A DNA stretch of 43,013 bases from an uncultured Peptococcaceae bacterium. GTDB taxonomy: Bacteria > Bacillota > Dehalobacteriia > UBA4068. The position numbers and the translations under genes were made by a program. Below, one piece after another: positions 1 through 8,364 of the stretch (within the stretch, counting starts at the first letter, position 1; every line of letters starts with the position of its first letter). The DNA lies in contig CAYRML010000003.1 of NCBI GenBank assembly GCA_964425485.1, positions 1-43,013 of the forward strand, written 5' to 3'. Below the pieces are notes generated by a model. That model did no database searches. It was not told where the DNA came from and was given only the letters and a program-made list of their open reading frames with translations.

Positions 1-35
1 CTGATGGGAGACAGGCATTTTAACATAGCCTCCAA
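1..35 (-). CDS. Possible 5' end of a divergent gene running off the window (MEAMLKCLSPI...)
   Basis: Minus-strand GGAGG (45-41) precedes TTG (35-33), which is in frame with ATG (26-24); the frame is open to the window edge. Product unknowable. Confidence 0.35.
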   Translation of the reverse strand, partial: MEAMLKCLSPI

Positions 36-112
36 TTCTCCCTCCGTCACACCGCGAAAAAGAGGCGTTTTTTTGAAGATAGGAAAATATTTTTTCATTA
101 ATTACTCCATCT

Positions 113-155
113 TTTTGTAAATACAACAGCTGTGTTTTAAATATTATAGTACACT
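113..155 (+). promoter_or_regulatory. Candidate CRP/FNR-family (HcpR-like) box plus -10 element of the nim-FeS-hcp operon
   Basis: TTTTGT-AAAT-ACAACA (113-128) is one mismatch from a perfect palindrome. TACACT at 150-155 would centre the box near -41.5. Confidence 0.5.
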
Positions 156-187
156 GAAGCCATCAAAGTCAAGGAGGCTCTGCCGAA

Positions 188-691
188 GTGAGAAGAAAAG
201 ATCGGGAAATGGATAAAGATTTTGCCTTGGCCGTGGTCGACAAATGCGAATATGCCGCTCTGGCGCTGTTCGCCGCAGACGGATTCCCCTATTGCCTGCC
301 AATTACTATTGCCAGAGATGGCGATCACATCTATTTTCACAGCGCCAAAGAAGGCAAAAAGATCGAGGCTCTGCACCAAGATCCGCATGTCTGCCTGGCC
401 TGTGTCGGTGATACGCAGCGGCTGGAGCATAAATTTACCACGGAATTTGAATCCGCCATCGTCTTCGGCCTGGCTGCAGAAGTTACTGAAAAAGAGGAAA
501 AACTCCTGGCCCTGCGGCTTTTATGCCAGCGGCACAATCCGGACAATATGAGCAAATTTGCCGAGGCCGCGCGAAAAGGGCTCCCTCGTACCGCCATCTG
601 GCGCATCACTATTCAGGAGATCACAGGCAAACGTAAAAAGTATGACCAAGAAGGTAAGGAAATGAAATTCGGGAGGATGGAACAATGCTGA
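188..691 (+). CDS. Pyridoxamine 5'-phosphate oxidase-like flavin-binding protein, NimA/nitroimidazole-resistance family
   Basis: MRRKDRE start, PYxxP, YFHSAxEGKK, FTTEFESAIVFG and ITGK motifs; AAGGAGG RBS before the GTG start. Confidence 0.8.
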   Translation: MRRKDREMDKDFALAVVDKCEYAALALFAADGFPYCLPITIARDGDHIYFHSAKEGKKIEALHQDPHVCLACVGDTQRLEHKFTTEFESAIVFGLAAEVTEKEEKLLALRLLCQRHNPDNMSKFAEAARKGLPRTAIWRITIQEITGKRKKYDQEGKEMKFGRMEQC

Positions 692-1380
692 GAAGAATTA
701 TTGAAATCGACGAGGAAAAATGCAATGGCTGCGGCGCCTGCGCCGAGGCCTGTCATGAAGGCGCTATTGCCATGATCGACGGCAAAGCCAAGCTTGTGCG
801 TGACGACTATTGCGACGGACTGGGAGATTGCCTGCCCGCCTGTCCCACCGACGCCATCAGCTTTGTAGAACGCGAGGCTGCGGCCTATGATGAAAAGGCT
901 GTACAGGCTAAAAAAGCGCAAGCTGCCGACTCCTTGCCCTGCGGCTGCCCCGGCACTCATGTGCAGAGCATCAGCCATGAGCAGACTAATGTTTGCACCA
1001 CCAACACACCCAGTGCTTCCCGTTTATCCCAGTGGCCTGTCAAAATCAAGCTGGTACCCGTCAAGGCACCTTTTTTTGCCGGGGCCAATCTGCTGGTGGC
1101 TGCTGACTGTACAGCCTATGCCTATGGCGATTTTCATGAGCGCTTCATCAAAAATCATGTTACGCTGATCGGCTGCCCCAAACTGGATGATGTGGACTAT
1201 TCGCAAAAGCTGACCGACATCATCCGAGAAAATGATATCAAAAGCGTCACTGTCGTTCGCATGGAAGTGCCTTGCTGCGGCGGCCTAGAAAACGCCGTCA
1301 AAAAAGCGCTGCAAGACAGTGGCAAATTCATCCCCTGGCAGATTGTCACTATTTCTGCCAAAGGACAGATAATCGAATAA
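685..1380 (+). CDS. 4Fe-4S dicluster protein of the type usually found beside hcp
   Basis: CNGCGACAEACHE and CDGLGDCLPACP ferredoxin motifs, plus C-terminal AADC, GCPKLD and MEVPCCGG. Confidence 0.85.
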   Translation: MLRRIIEIDEEKCNGCGACAEACHEGAIAMIDGKAKLVRDDYCDGLGDCLPACPTDAISFVEREAAAYDEKAVQAKKAQAADSLPCGCPGTHVQSISHEQTNVCTTNTPSASRLSQWPVKIKLVPVKAPFFAGANLLVAADCTAYAYGDFHERFIKNHVTLIGCPKLDDVDYSQKLTDIIRENDIKSVTVVRMEVPCCGGLENAVKKALQDSGKFIPWQIVTISAKGQIIE

Positions 1381-1404
1381 AAAATCTAGGAAGGAGAATG
1401 TAAA

Positions 1405-2973
1405 ATGGAAAATATGTTTTGCTTTCAATGTGAACAAACAGCAGGTGGCAAAGGCTGCACCGGCAAAGCTGGCGTTTGCGGCAAGTCCGCCGCCACAGCC
1501 AATGCTCAGGATGATCTGACCCGTGCCCTCATCAACCTGGCGCTGGAAACGGATGGACAACCCCTAAACGATGAAATGCGCAAAGTCATGCTGGAAGGGC
1601 TTTTCGCCACCGTGACCAATGTCAATTTTGATGAACAAAGAGTGAGCGAACTGACGGAAAAAGTGATCGCCCTTATCCCCAATCAGAAAGGCGGTGCCTG
1701 CGCCCCCAGCGGCCAGCCGCTGAAACTGTGGTCGGCGCCAGAAGATATCCGCTCTCTGAAATCCCTAATCCTGTTCGGACTACGCGGTATGGCGGCCTAT
1801 GCCTATCATGCCCTTAACCTGGGCTATCGCGATGACGTCATCAGCGATTGCTGCTTTGAAGGCCTGCGCACTATCGGTAATCACCAGGCCGGTATGGAGC
1901 AGCTGCTGCCCATGGTGCTGAAAGTGGGCGAAGTCAATCTGCGCTGCATGGAGCTTTTGGATCAAGCCAATACGGAAACCTATGGCACTCCGGAACCGGT
2001 AACTTTGCCGCTGAAGATTGAAAAAGGACCCTTTATCGTCATCACCGGCCATGATTTGCTGGATTTGGAGCTGTTACTTAAGCAGACCGAAGGCAAAGGC
2101 ATCAATATCTATACCCATGGCGAAATGCTGCCGGCCAATGCTTATCCCAAGCTTAAAGCCTATAAACACCTGAAAGGTAATTTTGGCACGGCTTGGCAGA
2201 ATCAACAGAAAGAATTTGTCGATTTGCCGGCACCCGTAGTCTTTACCACCAACTGCATTATGCCGCCGCGTGACAGCTACAGCGGTAATATCTTCACCAC
2301 GGAAGTGGTAGCTTATCCCGGTCTCAAACATATCGGCCCTGACAAGGATTTTACTCCTGTCATCGAAAAGGCTTTGGAACTTGGCGGATATAGCGAAGAC
2401 AAAACTTTTACCGGCGTCAATGGCGGCCATCAGGTCAGCACAGGCTTTGCCCATGGCACCGTGCTTTCGTTGGCTGATAAAGTCGTCGAAGCTGTGAAGT
2501 CGGGCCAGATCAGCCATTTCTTCCTGGTGGGCGGCTGCGACGGCGCCAGACCCGGCCGCAACTATTATACTGATTTTGTGAAAATGACGCCGCCCGACAG
2601 CGTAGTGCTGACCTTGGCTTGCGGCAAATACCGCTTCAATGACCTGGATCTTGGCACCGTAGCCGGACTGCCCCGTATCATGGATATGGGCCAATGCAAT
2701 GATGCCTACAGCGCCATCAAGGTAGCTGTGGCTTTGGCGGAAGCTTTTGACTGCAGCGTTAATGATTTACCACTCTCCCTGGTGTTGTCCTGGTATGAGC
2801 AAAAAGCGGTCTGCATTCTTTTGACATTGCTATATCTCGGCATCAAGAATATCCGACTCGGCCCCTCCCTGCCGGCCTGCGTCTCGCCCGCCGTTTTGAA
2901 AGTGCTGGTGGATAATTTTGCCATCGCTCCCATCACCACCCCGGAAGCCGATTTGAAAGCCATGCTTAAATAA
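1405..2973 (+). CDS. hcp: Hybrid cluster protein (hydroxylamine/NO reductase)
   Basis: MFCFQCEQT..GC...GVCGK cubane motif, GHDL, YTHGEMLP, TTNC, GGCDG, LACGKY, DMGQCND and SWYEQKA. Confidence 0.97.
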   Translation: MENMFCFQCEQTAGGKGCTGKAGVCGKSAATANAQDDLTRALINLALETDGQPLNDEMRKVMLEGLFATVTNVNFDEQRVSELTEKVIALIPNQKGGACAPSGQPLKLWSAPEDIRSLKSLILFGLRGMAAYAYHALNLGYRDDVISDCCFEGLRTIGNHQAGMEQLLPMVLKVGEVNLRCMELLDQANTETYGTPEPVTLPLKIEKGPFIVITGHDLLDLELLLKQTEGKGINIYTHGEMLPANAYPKLKAYKHLKGNFGTAWQNQQKEFVDLPAPVVFTTNCIMPPRDSYSGNIFTTEVVAYPGLKHIGPDKDFTPVIEKALELGGYSEDKTFTGVNGGHQVSTGFAHGTVLSLADKVVEAVKSGQISHFFLVGGCDGARPGRNYYTDFVKMTPPDSVVLTLACGKYRFNDLDLGTVAGLPRIMDMGQCNDAYSAIKVAVALAEAFDCSVNDLPLSLVLSWYEQKAVCILLTLLYLGIKNIRLGPSLPACVSPAVLKVLVDNFAIAPITTPEADLKAMLK

Positions 2974-3008
2974 AGCAATTATCTCATCTGAGTTGCCATC
3001 CATAAAAA

Positions 3009-3043
3009 AAAAACAGGCCGCGAATTGTTCGCAGCCTGTTTTT
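3009..3043. terminator. Bidirectional intrinsic terminator between hcp and the phosphoesterase
   Basis: aaaaacaggccgcgaa...ttcgcagcctgttttt inverted repeat flanked by A and T tracts. Confidence 0.85.
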
Positions 3044-3059
3044 GTTTGTCTGCATCACA

Positions 3060-3911
3060 TTAATTATCCATCATCAAAGTTACAATAACCAGCTCTGGTC
3101 GATTATTGATGCGGAAGGGGAAAAGGCTGTTGCCCAAGCCGCGGCTGACAATCATGTCGGTGCGGCCATCTTTATAAATACCCTCGCTGTATTTGGGCAA
3201 AAATCCCTGGTTGGGAGCTACCAGCCCCCCGATCAAGGGCAGCCGCACCTGGCCGCCATGGGCATGGCCGCATAAAACTAAATCTATATTATTAGCCGCA
3301 TATACGGCAAAAAGCTCCGGCCTATGTGATAAGAGGATGGTGAATTGGCTGTCATCCGCCAGGGCCTGGAGCCTGGCAGCCGTTGTCCCGGACATGGGCG
3401 CAAAAGCAGGATCATCAAGGCCCAGCAGCCGGATGGAGGCATGTCCGCGCTCCAGCTGCACGCTCCGATCATGCAGTATGGTCACGCCGGCCTGCTGCAT
3501 TTGCTCTTCCAAGGCCGCATAGGCGGCGACGCGGGATTCATGGTTGCCCGTCACATAATAGACCGGCGCAATCTGGACCGCCGCCTCGATGAACTCCATG
3601 GCTGTGCCTATATCCGTGCGGCGGGAATCGACCAGGTCACCGGTGACGGCAATCAGATCGGGCCGGGCCGCCCGCACCTGGCGGATGAGCTCCGCCTGAC
3701 CGCGGCCGAACTGCGCATTGTGTAAATCCGACACTTGCACAATGGTAAAACCGTGAAAAGGCTCGGTGATCTTTTGGTCCTGAATCAGGTGACGGCTGAC
3801 CTGGAGGGAACTATTGCCCCAATAGATCCAGAGCGAAAGCAGCGCTACCAGCACTGCCGCCATGATAAGAACTGCTAATTTTCCTCTTTTTCTGCCGGCG
3901 ATCGCTGGCAT
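3060..3911 (-). CDS. Membrane-anchored calcineurin-like metallophosphoesterase (YkuE-like)
   Basis: SDLH, TGDLVD, GNHE, LSHRP and GHAHGGQ motifs, with an N-terminal TM segment. Start moved to ATG 3911 after a GGAAGGGGG RBS. Confidence 0.9.
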   Translation of the reverse strand: MPAIAGRKRGKLAVLIMAAVLVALLSLWIYWGNSSLQVSRHLIQDQKITEPFHGFTIVQVSDLHNAQFGRGQAELIRQVRAARPDLIAVTGDLVDSRRTDIGTAMEFIEAAVQIAPVYYVTGNHESRVAAYAALEEQMQQAGVTILHDRSVQLERGHASIRLLGLDDPAFAPMSGTTAARLQALADDSQFTILLSHRPELFAVYAANNIDLVLCGHAHGGQVRLPLIGGLVAPNQGFLPKYSEGIYKDGRTDMIVSRGLGNSLFPFRINNRPELVIVTLMMDN

Positions 3912-3945
3912 CAAGCCACCCCCTTCCAACGCCACTTATTTCTTT

Positions 3946-3974
3946 ATCATAGCAGACAGCGCGGCAGGCGGCAA
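3946..3974 (-). promoter_or_regulatory. Sigma-A promoter of the phosphoesterase
   Basis: TTGCCG-17 nt-TATGAT with an extended TG. Confidence 0.55.
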
Positions 3975-4010
3975 GGTTCCGGCTCACCTTTTGCAAGTGG
4001 ATTAGATAGC

Positions 4011-4049
4011 AAAAGAGAGGCGTTTTAAGTAAACGCCTCTCTTTTTTTT
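4011..4049. terminator. Intrinsic terminator downstream of the nitroreductase
   Basis: aaaagagaggcgttt-taagt-aaacgcctctctttt perfect stem. Confidence 0.85.
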
Positions 4050-4073
4050 CTCTCATGCGGCCGCCGGATTCTT

Positions 4074-4607
4074 TCAGCGGATAAAATCCGTTACAATATT
4101 TTCCCTAGTGAGGGGCTGTGCAACTACCTCTTGGGCGGCTTTGCCCACACCTACCATGGCCGCGGGGAAAAATCCCTCCGGCACCTGGGCCGCGGCATAA
4201 AACTCGGCATTATCAGCCAATATATAAGGTACAGCAAAAAGATAGATACTGCCCAGGCCCAGGTCCGTGGCGGCCAGCATCATATTTTCTATAATGCATG
4301 AGGCATTGCAATAGGCCAACGCTTTTGTCCGCTCGTCATCATTTTTGCCGCAGACCAGGATCAAAGTCGGCGCGCCATAAGTCGGATGCTCGCCAATCTT
4401 ATCAAAGGTGCCAAAGGCAGCTGCCTCCATCTTGTTTATAAAATCCCGATCCTGGATGACGGTCAGCTTGACATTTTCATATATCTTGCGGGCCACAGGC
4501 GCAGCATTGGCCGCCGCCAAAATCAAATCCAGCTCCTTTTCCGTTAACTGCTGCCCACTGTAAGCACGGCATGATCGCCGGGCGGCAATGGCTTCCATCG
4601 TCTCCAT
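4074..4607 (-). CDS. Nitroreductase family protein
   Basis: AIAARRSCRAY, AANAAP and ENMMLAATDLGLGS motifs; GGAGGAGG RBS. Confidence 0.9.
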   Translation of the reverse strand: METMEAIAARRSCRAYSGQQLTEKELDLILAAANAAPVARKIYENVKLTVIQDRDFINKMEAAAFGTFDKIGEHPTYGAPTLILVCGKNDDERTKALAYCNASCIIENMMLAATDLGLGSIYLFAVPYILADNAEFYAAAQVPEGFFPAAMVGVGKAAQEVVAQPLTRENIVTDFIR

Positions 4608-4722
4608 AAAGACACCTCCTCCATATTTTTGGGCAGCTAAATTATACTATATAAAAAGCCGATGCACAAGAAAATTAACATGCACTCTTGCCGGCCGGGT
4701 AAGCGGCTTGCCGAAATTTTTC

Positions 4723-4751
4723 TTGACAGTCATCATCATGCATGATAAAAT
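4723..4751 (+). promoter_or_regulatory. Near-consensus sigma-A promoter of the leader-aroF-pheA operon
   Basis: TTGACA (4723-4728), 17 nt spacer, TG-n-TAAAAT (4746-4751). Confidence 0.85.
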
Positions 4752-4807
4752 GCTATCAATCTTTAAGCAAAAACGAATATTATATATTAAGCAGAAAGGA
4801 CAGAGCA

Positions 4808-4897
4808 ATGATACTCTTGACGGCAGCAAACTTTAGCTTTAGCTTTAACTTCTTTTGGTTTTCTCCAGAAGGGGTGATTTGTGCTGCCAAAAGCTAG
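4808..4897 (+). CDS. Phe-rich attenuation leader peptide, 29 aa (MILLTAANFSFSFNFFWFSPEGVICAAKS)
   Basis: AAAGGA RBS 7 nt before the ATG; 6 Phe and 1 Trp in codons 9-18; lies between the promoter and a terminator ahead of Phe-biosynthesis genes. Confidence 0.8.
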   Translation: MILLTAANFSFSFNFFWFSPEGVICAAKS

Positions 4898-4932
4898 ATG
4901 TCCGAAACCGCTGCTAACGGATTAAGGGATCA

Positions 4933-4976
4933 AAGGGGCTGTGCAGAATCACATCTGTACAGCCCCTTATTTTTTT
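4933..4976 (+). terminator. Attenuator terminator upstream of aroF
   Basis: aaggggctgtgcaga / tctgtacagcccctt 15-bp stem with one G-U pair, 6-nt loop, then a T7 run, directly before the aroF RBS. Confidence 0.9.
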
Positions 4977-4991
4977 GGAGGGGGAAATATC

Positions 4992-5999
4992 ATGATCGTG
5001 GTACTAAAAAAAGGAACAACAAGCGAGCAAAGGCATAATCTCTGCCAATGGTTCAAGGAGATGGGGCTTGACGTCTACTTTCCGCCGGACAACGAATATC
5101 ATAATCTGATCGGGCTGATCGGCGATACCAGCAAAGTGGATATCAGCCTGGTGGAGAGCCTGTCATTTATCGAATCGGTCAAGCGTATCAGTGAGCCGTT
5201 CAAAAAGGCCAACCGCAAATTCCACGGCGAGGATTCCGTGATAGATATCGCCGGCGTTAAGATCGGCGGCGGCAATTTCCAGATCATTGCCGGCCCCTGT
5301 TCCGTTGAATCCAAAGACCAGATTCTGGCCGTGGCCACAAGCGTCAAGGACTCCGGCGCCTCCATCTTGCGGGGTGGCGCCTTTAAACCGCGCACCTCCC
5401 CTTATGATTTCCAAGGACTGCACGCCGATGGTATCGAGCTGTTGCTGGAGGCCAAAAAACAGACCGGACTACCTATCATCTCCGAAATCATAAACGCTAA
5501 TGATTTGCCTCTGTTTGAGCAGGTGGATATCGTCCAGGTGGGCGCCCGCAATATGCAGAATTTTGAATTGCTGAAGGTGCTTGGCCGCACGCAAAAAGTC
5601 ATACTGCTGAAACGCGGCCTGGCTAATACGCTCAAAGAGCTGCTGATGAGCGCCGAATATATCATGGCCGGCGGCAATGAAAATGTCATATTGTGCGAGC
5701 GCGGCATCCGCACCTTCGAAACTTATACCAGAAATACGCTGGATCTGTCGGCCGTACCGGCCCTGCACGAAATGACTCATCTGCCCGTGGTGGTTGATCC
5801 CAGCCATTCCACCGGCATATCACGCCTGGTCGAGCCTATGGCATTGGCCGCGGCGGCCGCCGGAGCGGATGGGCTGATGATCGAGGTGCACAATGATCCG
5901 CAACATGCCCTGTGCGACGGCCCGCAATCTCTGACGCCGGAACAATTCAAGCATGTGGCCGCACGCCTGCGCCGCATACGCCAGGCCCTGCTGCCCTAA
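4992..5999 (+). CDS. aroF: DAHP synthase, type I-beta, with N-terminal regulatory domain
   Basis: IAGPCSVES, RGGAFKPRTSPY, QVGARNMQN, CERGIR, DPSH and EVH motifs. Start moved to ATG 4992 after a GGAGGGG RBS. Confidence 0.95.
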   Translation: MIVVLKKGTTSEQRHNLCQWFKEMGLDVYFPPDNEYHNLIGLIGDTSKVDISLVESLSFIESVKRISEPFKKANRKFHGEDSVIDIAGVKIGGGNFQIIAGPCSVESKDQILAVATSVKDSGASILRGGAFKPRTSPYDFQGLHADGIELLLEAKKQTGLPIISEIINANDLPLFEQVDIVQVGARNMQNFELLKVLGRTQKVILLKRGLANTLKELLMSAEYIMAGGNENVILCERGIRTFETYTRNTLDLSAVPALHEMTHLPVVVDPSHSTGISRLVEPMALAAAAAGADGLMIEVHNDPQHALCDGPQSLTPEQFKHVAARLRRIRQALLP

Positions 6000-6048
6000 A
6001 ACAGGGCTTATAACAGGCTATAAACACAAAAATATAAGGAGAATTATT

Positions 6049-7191
6049 ATGGAACTGAAACAACTGCGCCAAGAAATTGATAAAATTGATGAGCAACTGA
6101 CCGAGCTGCTGACTCAAAGAATGGAAGTCTCCGCCCGCATCGCCCACTATAAGGTGGAGCATAATCTGCCTGTTTATGACCCTCAACTGGAAAGACAAAA
6201 ACGCGCGAACATGGCCGAAAAAGTGGGCGATGAGCTGGCTCCGGCCACTGATGCCCTCTTTTCTCTGCTGTTTGACCTCAGTCGCTCCTGTCAAAATCAG
6301 ATCACGGCCGGCGAAACCCCGGTCAAGGCCGATATCCGTCGTGCCCTGGCAGAAACGGATAAAATCTTCCCCACGCGGCCTATCGTGGCCTGCCAGGGCG
6401 TGGAGGGCGCCTTCTCGCAGCAGGCCTGCGAGCGCATCTTTCCCTCTGCCAGCATCATGTATTTCAACACCTTCGAAGGCGTTTTTGCCGCCATCGAGCA
6501 AGGCCTGTGCCGCTATGGCGTGCTGCCTTTGGAAAATAGCACCGCCGGCTCGGTCAACCGCATCTATGATCTGATGATGAAGCATAATTTTTTCATCGTG
6601 CGCAGCAGTCGGGTCAAGGTCGATCACTGTCTGTTGGCCAATAAAATGACAAAAATCAGCGATATCCGCGAGATCTACTCCCATGAGCAGGCCATTTCCC
6701 AATGCACGGATATGCTGAAGAAATTTGATAATGTCAGGGTCATCCCCTGCGAAAATACCGCAGCCGCGGCCAAAATGATATTCGAATCCGGCCGCACCGA
6801 CGCGGCAGCCCTCTCTTCCCGCAACTGCGCGGAAATCTATGGCTTGGACTGCCTGCTGGAATCCGTGCAGGATCAGGGTAATAATTATACCCGCTTCATC
6901 TGCATTTCCCGCGAGCTGGAGATATATCCCGGCGCCAATCGTACCAGCCTTATGCTGGTGCTGCCCAATCGGCAAGGCTCCTTATACCGGGCGCTTTCCC
7001 GCTTCAATGCGCTGGGCATCAATCTGCTGAAGCTGGAAAGCCGGCCGCTGCCCAATAGCGATTTCGAGTTCATGTTCTACTTTGATCTGGAAATGTCGGC
7101 CCAATCCGATGTCTTTTTGCGCATGTTCGACGATCTGAGCGGGCTGAGCACCAATATTAAATATCTGGGCACCTATTCCGAAGTGATCTGA
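6049..7191 (+). CDS. pheA: Bifunctional chorismate mutase / prephenate dehydratase (CM-PDT-ACT)
   Basis: LRQEIDKID chorismate mutase domain, QGVEGAFS, PLENSTAGSV, NYTRF and LESRP. Start moved to ATG 6049 after AAGGAG. Confidence 0.95.
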   Translation: MELKQLRQEIDKIDEQLTELLTQRMEVSARIAHYKVEHNLPVYDPQLERQKRANMAEKVGDELAPATDALFSLLFDLSRSCQNQITAGETPVKADIRRALAETDKIFPTRPIVACQGVEGAFSQQACERIFPSASIMYFNTFEGVFAAIEQGLCRYGVLPLENSTAGSVNRIYDLMMKHNFFIVRSSRVKVDHCLLANKMTKISDIREIYSHEQAISQCTDMLKKFDNVRVIPCENTAAAAKMIFESGRTDAAALSSRNCAEIYGLDCLLESVQDQGNNYTRFICISRELEIYPGANRTSLMLVLPNRQGSLYRALSRFNALGINLLKLESRPLPNSDFEFMFYFDLEMSAQSDVFLRMFDDLSGLSTNIKYLGTYSEVI

Positions 7192-7212
7192 GCACGGGGC
7201 AGACCCCTCTTG

Positions 7213-8364
7213 CTAAGATTTTACGATCAGCCTTTCCGGGCGACTGCCCAGGCGGCTGAAAATCTCGTTGGCGATAGTGCCCGCCTGCTCCGCCACATCG
7301 CAAGCCGTGATTTCCTCCTCACCGGAGCGGCCGATCAGCACAGCCTCGTCTCCCTGGTGGGCCTTCGGCACGGCGCTGAGATCAACCAACAGCTGATCCA
7401 TGCAGATGCGGCCGATGATGGGCAATCTTTTCCCCGCTATCAGCACCTGGCCCACACCATTGGAGAGCGCGCGCGGAACTCCGTCCGCATAGCCGATGGA
7501 GAGCACGGCAATCTTCATATCACAAGGGGCCACAAACTGCCTGCCATAACCAGCCACTTCGCCGGCCAGCAGCTCTTTGACCAGCATAATGCGGCTCTTG
7601 AGCGAGAGCATAGGCCGCAAGCCCACCGCATGCTTTTCGGTATCCTCTTTGCTGCTCAGCATACCGCAAAGAGCAATGCCCACGCGTGCATAATCGCATT
7701 TGAGCTGCGGGCAGGTGAAAATGCCATAACTGCTCTGGATATGCTGTTTGCCGTATGTAAAGCCCGCCGCCTTGATTTGGGCCAGCGTCTCATAGAAAGT
7801 TTTGATCTGCATCTTTGTATAAGATTCATCTTCCGGCAAACCGCTATCATCGGCGCACAGATGGGTATATATGCCCTCCACCTGTAAATTAGGGCGGCTA
7901 AACACCGTCAACAGCTGCGGCAGGTTCTGCCAGCGCTCGCCCAGGCGATGCATGCCGCTGTCCAGTTTGATATGTACCTTGAGCGGCTGGCCAAAGCGGG
8001 CCATAGCCTCGGCATGCTGCGCATCGACTACGGTAGGCATCAAATCATATTGCACCAGCAGCGGAAATTGTAAGGGATGGGTATAGCCGAGGATCAATAT
8101 CTCGCCCTCTATGCCTGCCCGGCGCAGCTCTACGCCCTCGTTGGCCGCTGCCACGCAAAAAGAGCGGATGCCGATACGGTTCAGCTCACGCGAAAGCAGC
8201 ACTGCCCCATGACCATAAGCATTGGCTTTGACCGCCGGCATGATACGGCAGCCGGCAGGCACAAGCCCCTGCAAAATCCGCACATTATGGCGCAGGGCCT
8301 CTAAATCAAGTTCTATCCAAGCCCTACCCGTTCTGGGGTCGGGCTCTTGTTTTATCTTTGTCAT
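7213..8364 (-). CDS. vanT: Serine racemase, stand-alone catalytic domain of VanT
   Basis: RAWIE, AVKANAYGHG (PLP lysine), DSGMHRLG, GYADG, GRICMDQ. C-terminal GTIANE has Asn where alanine racemases have TIxYE, a VanT hallmark. Confidence 0.85.
   Translation of the reverse strand: MTKIKQEPDPRTGRAWIELDLEALRHNVRILQGLVPAGCRIMPAVKANAYGHGAVLLSRELNRIGIRSFCVAAANEGVELRRAGIEGEILILGYTHPLQFPLLVQYDLMPTVVDAQHAEAMARFGQPLKVHIKLDSGMHRLGERWQNLPQLLTVFSRPNLQVEGIYTHLCADDSGLPEDESYTKMQIKTFYETLAQIKAAGFTYGKQHIQSSYGIFTCPQLKCDYARVGIALCGMLSSKEDTEKHAVGLRPMLSLKSRIMLVKELLAGEVAGYGRQFVAPCDMKIAVLSIGYADGVPRALSNGVGQVLIAGKRLPIIGRICMDQLLVDLSAVPKAHQGDEAVLIGRSGEEEITACDVAEQAGTIANEIFSRLGSRPERLIVKS

Noticed and set aside
4790-4990. 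T-box riboswitch upstream of aroF
   Set aside because: No GGTGGnACC-like antiterminator bulge or stem I AG/GNUG boxes; the leader-peptide model explains the sequence better.
5947-6975. 342-aa minus-strand ORF, and similar long antisense ORFs at 30494-31384, 35703-37016 and 38488-39531
   Set aside because: Shadow frames of well-supported genes on the opposite strand, with no recognisable motifs.
7213-8364. Housekeeping alanine racemase (alr)
   Set aside because: GTIANE instead of TIxYE and its position after the VanT membrane domain indicate a VanT racemase.
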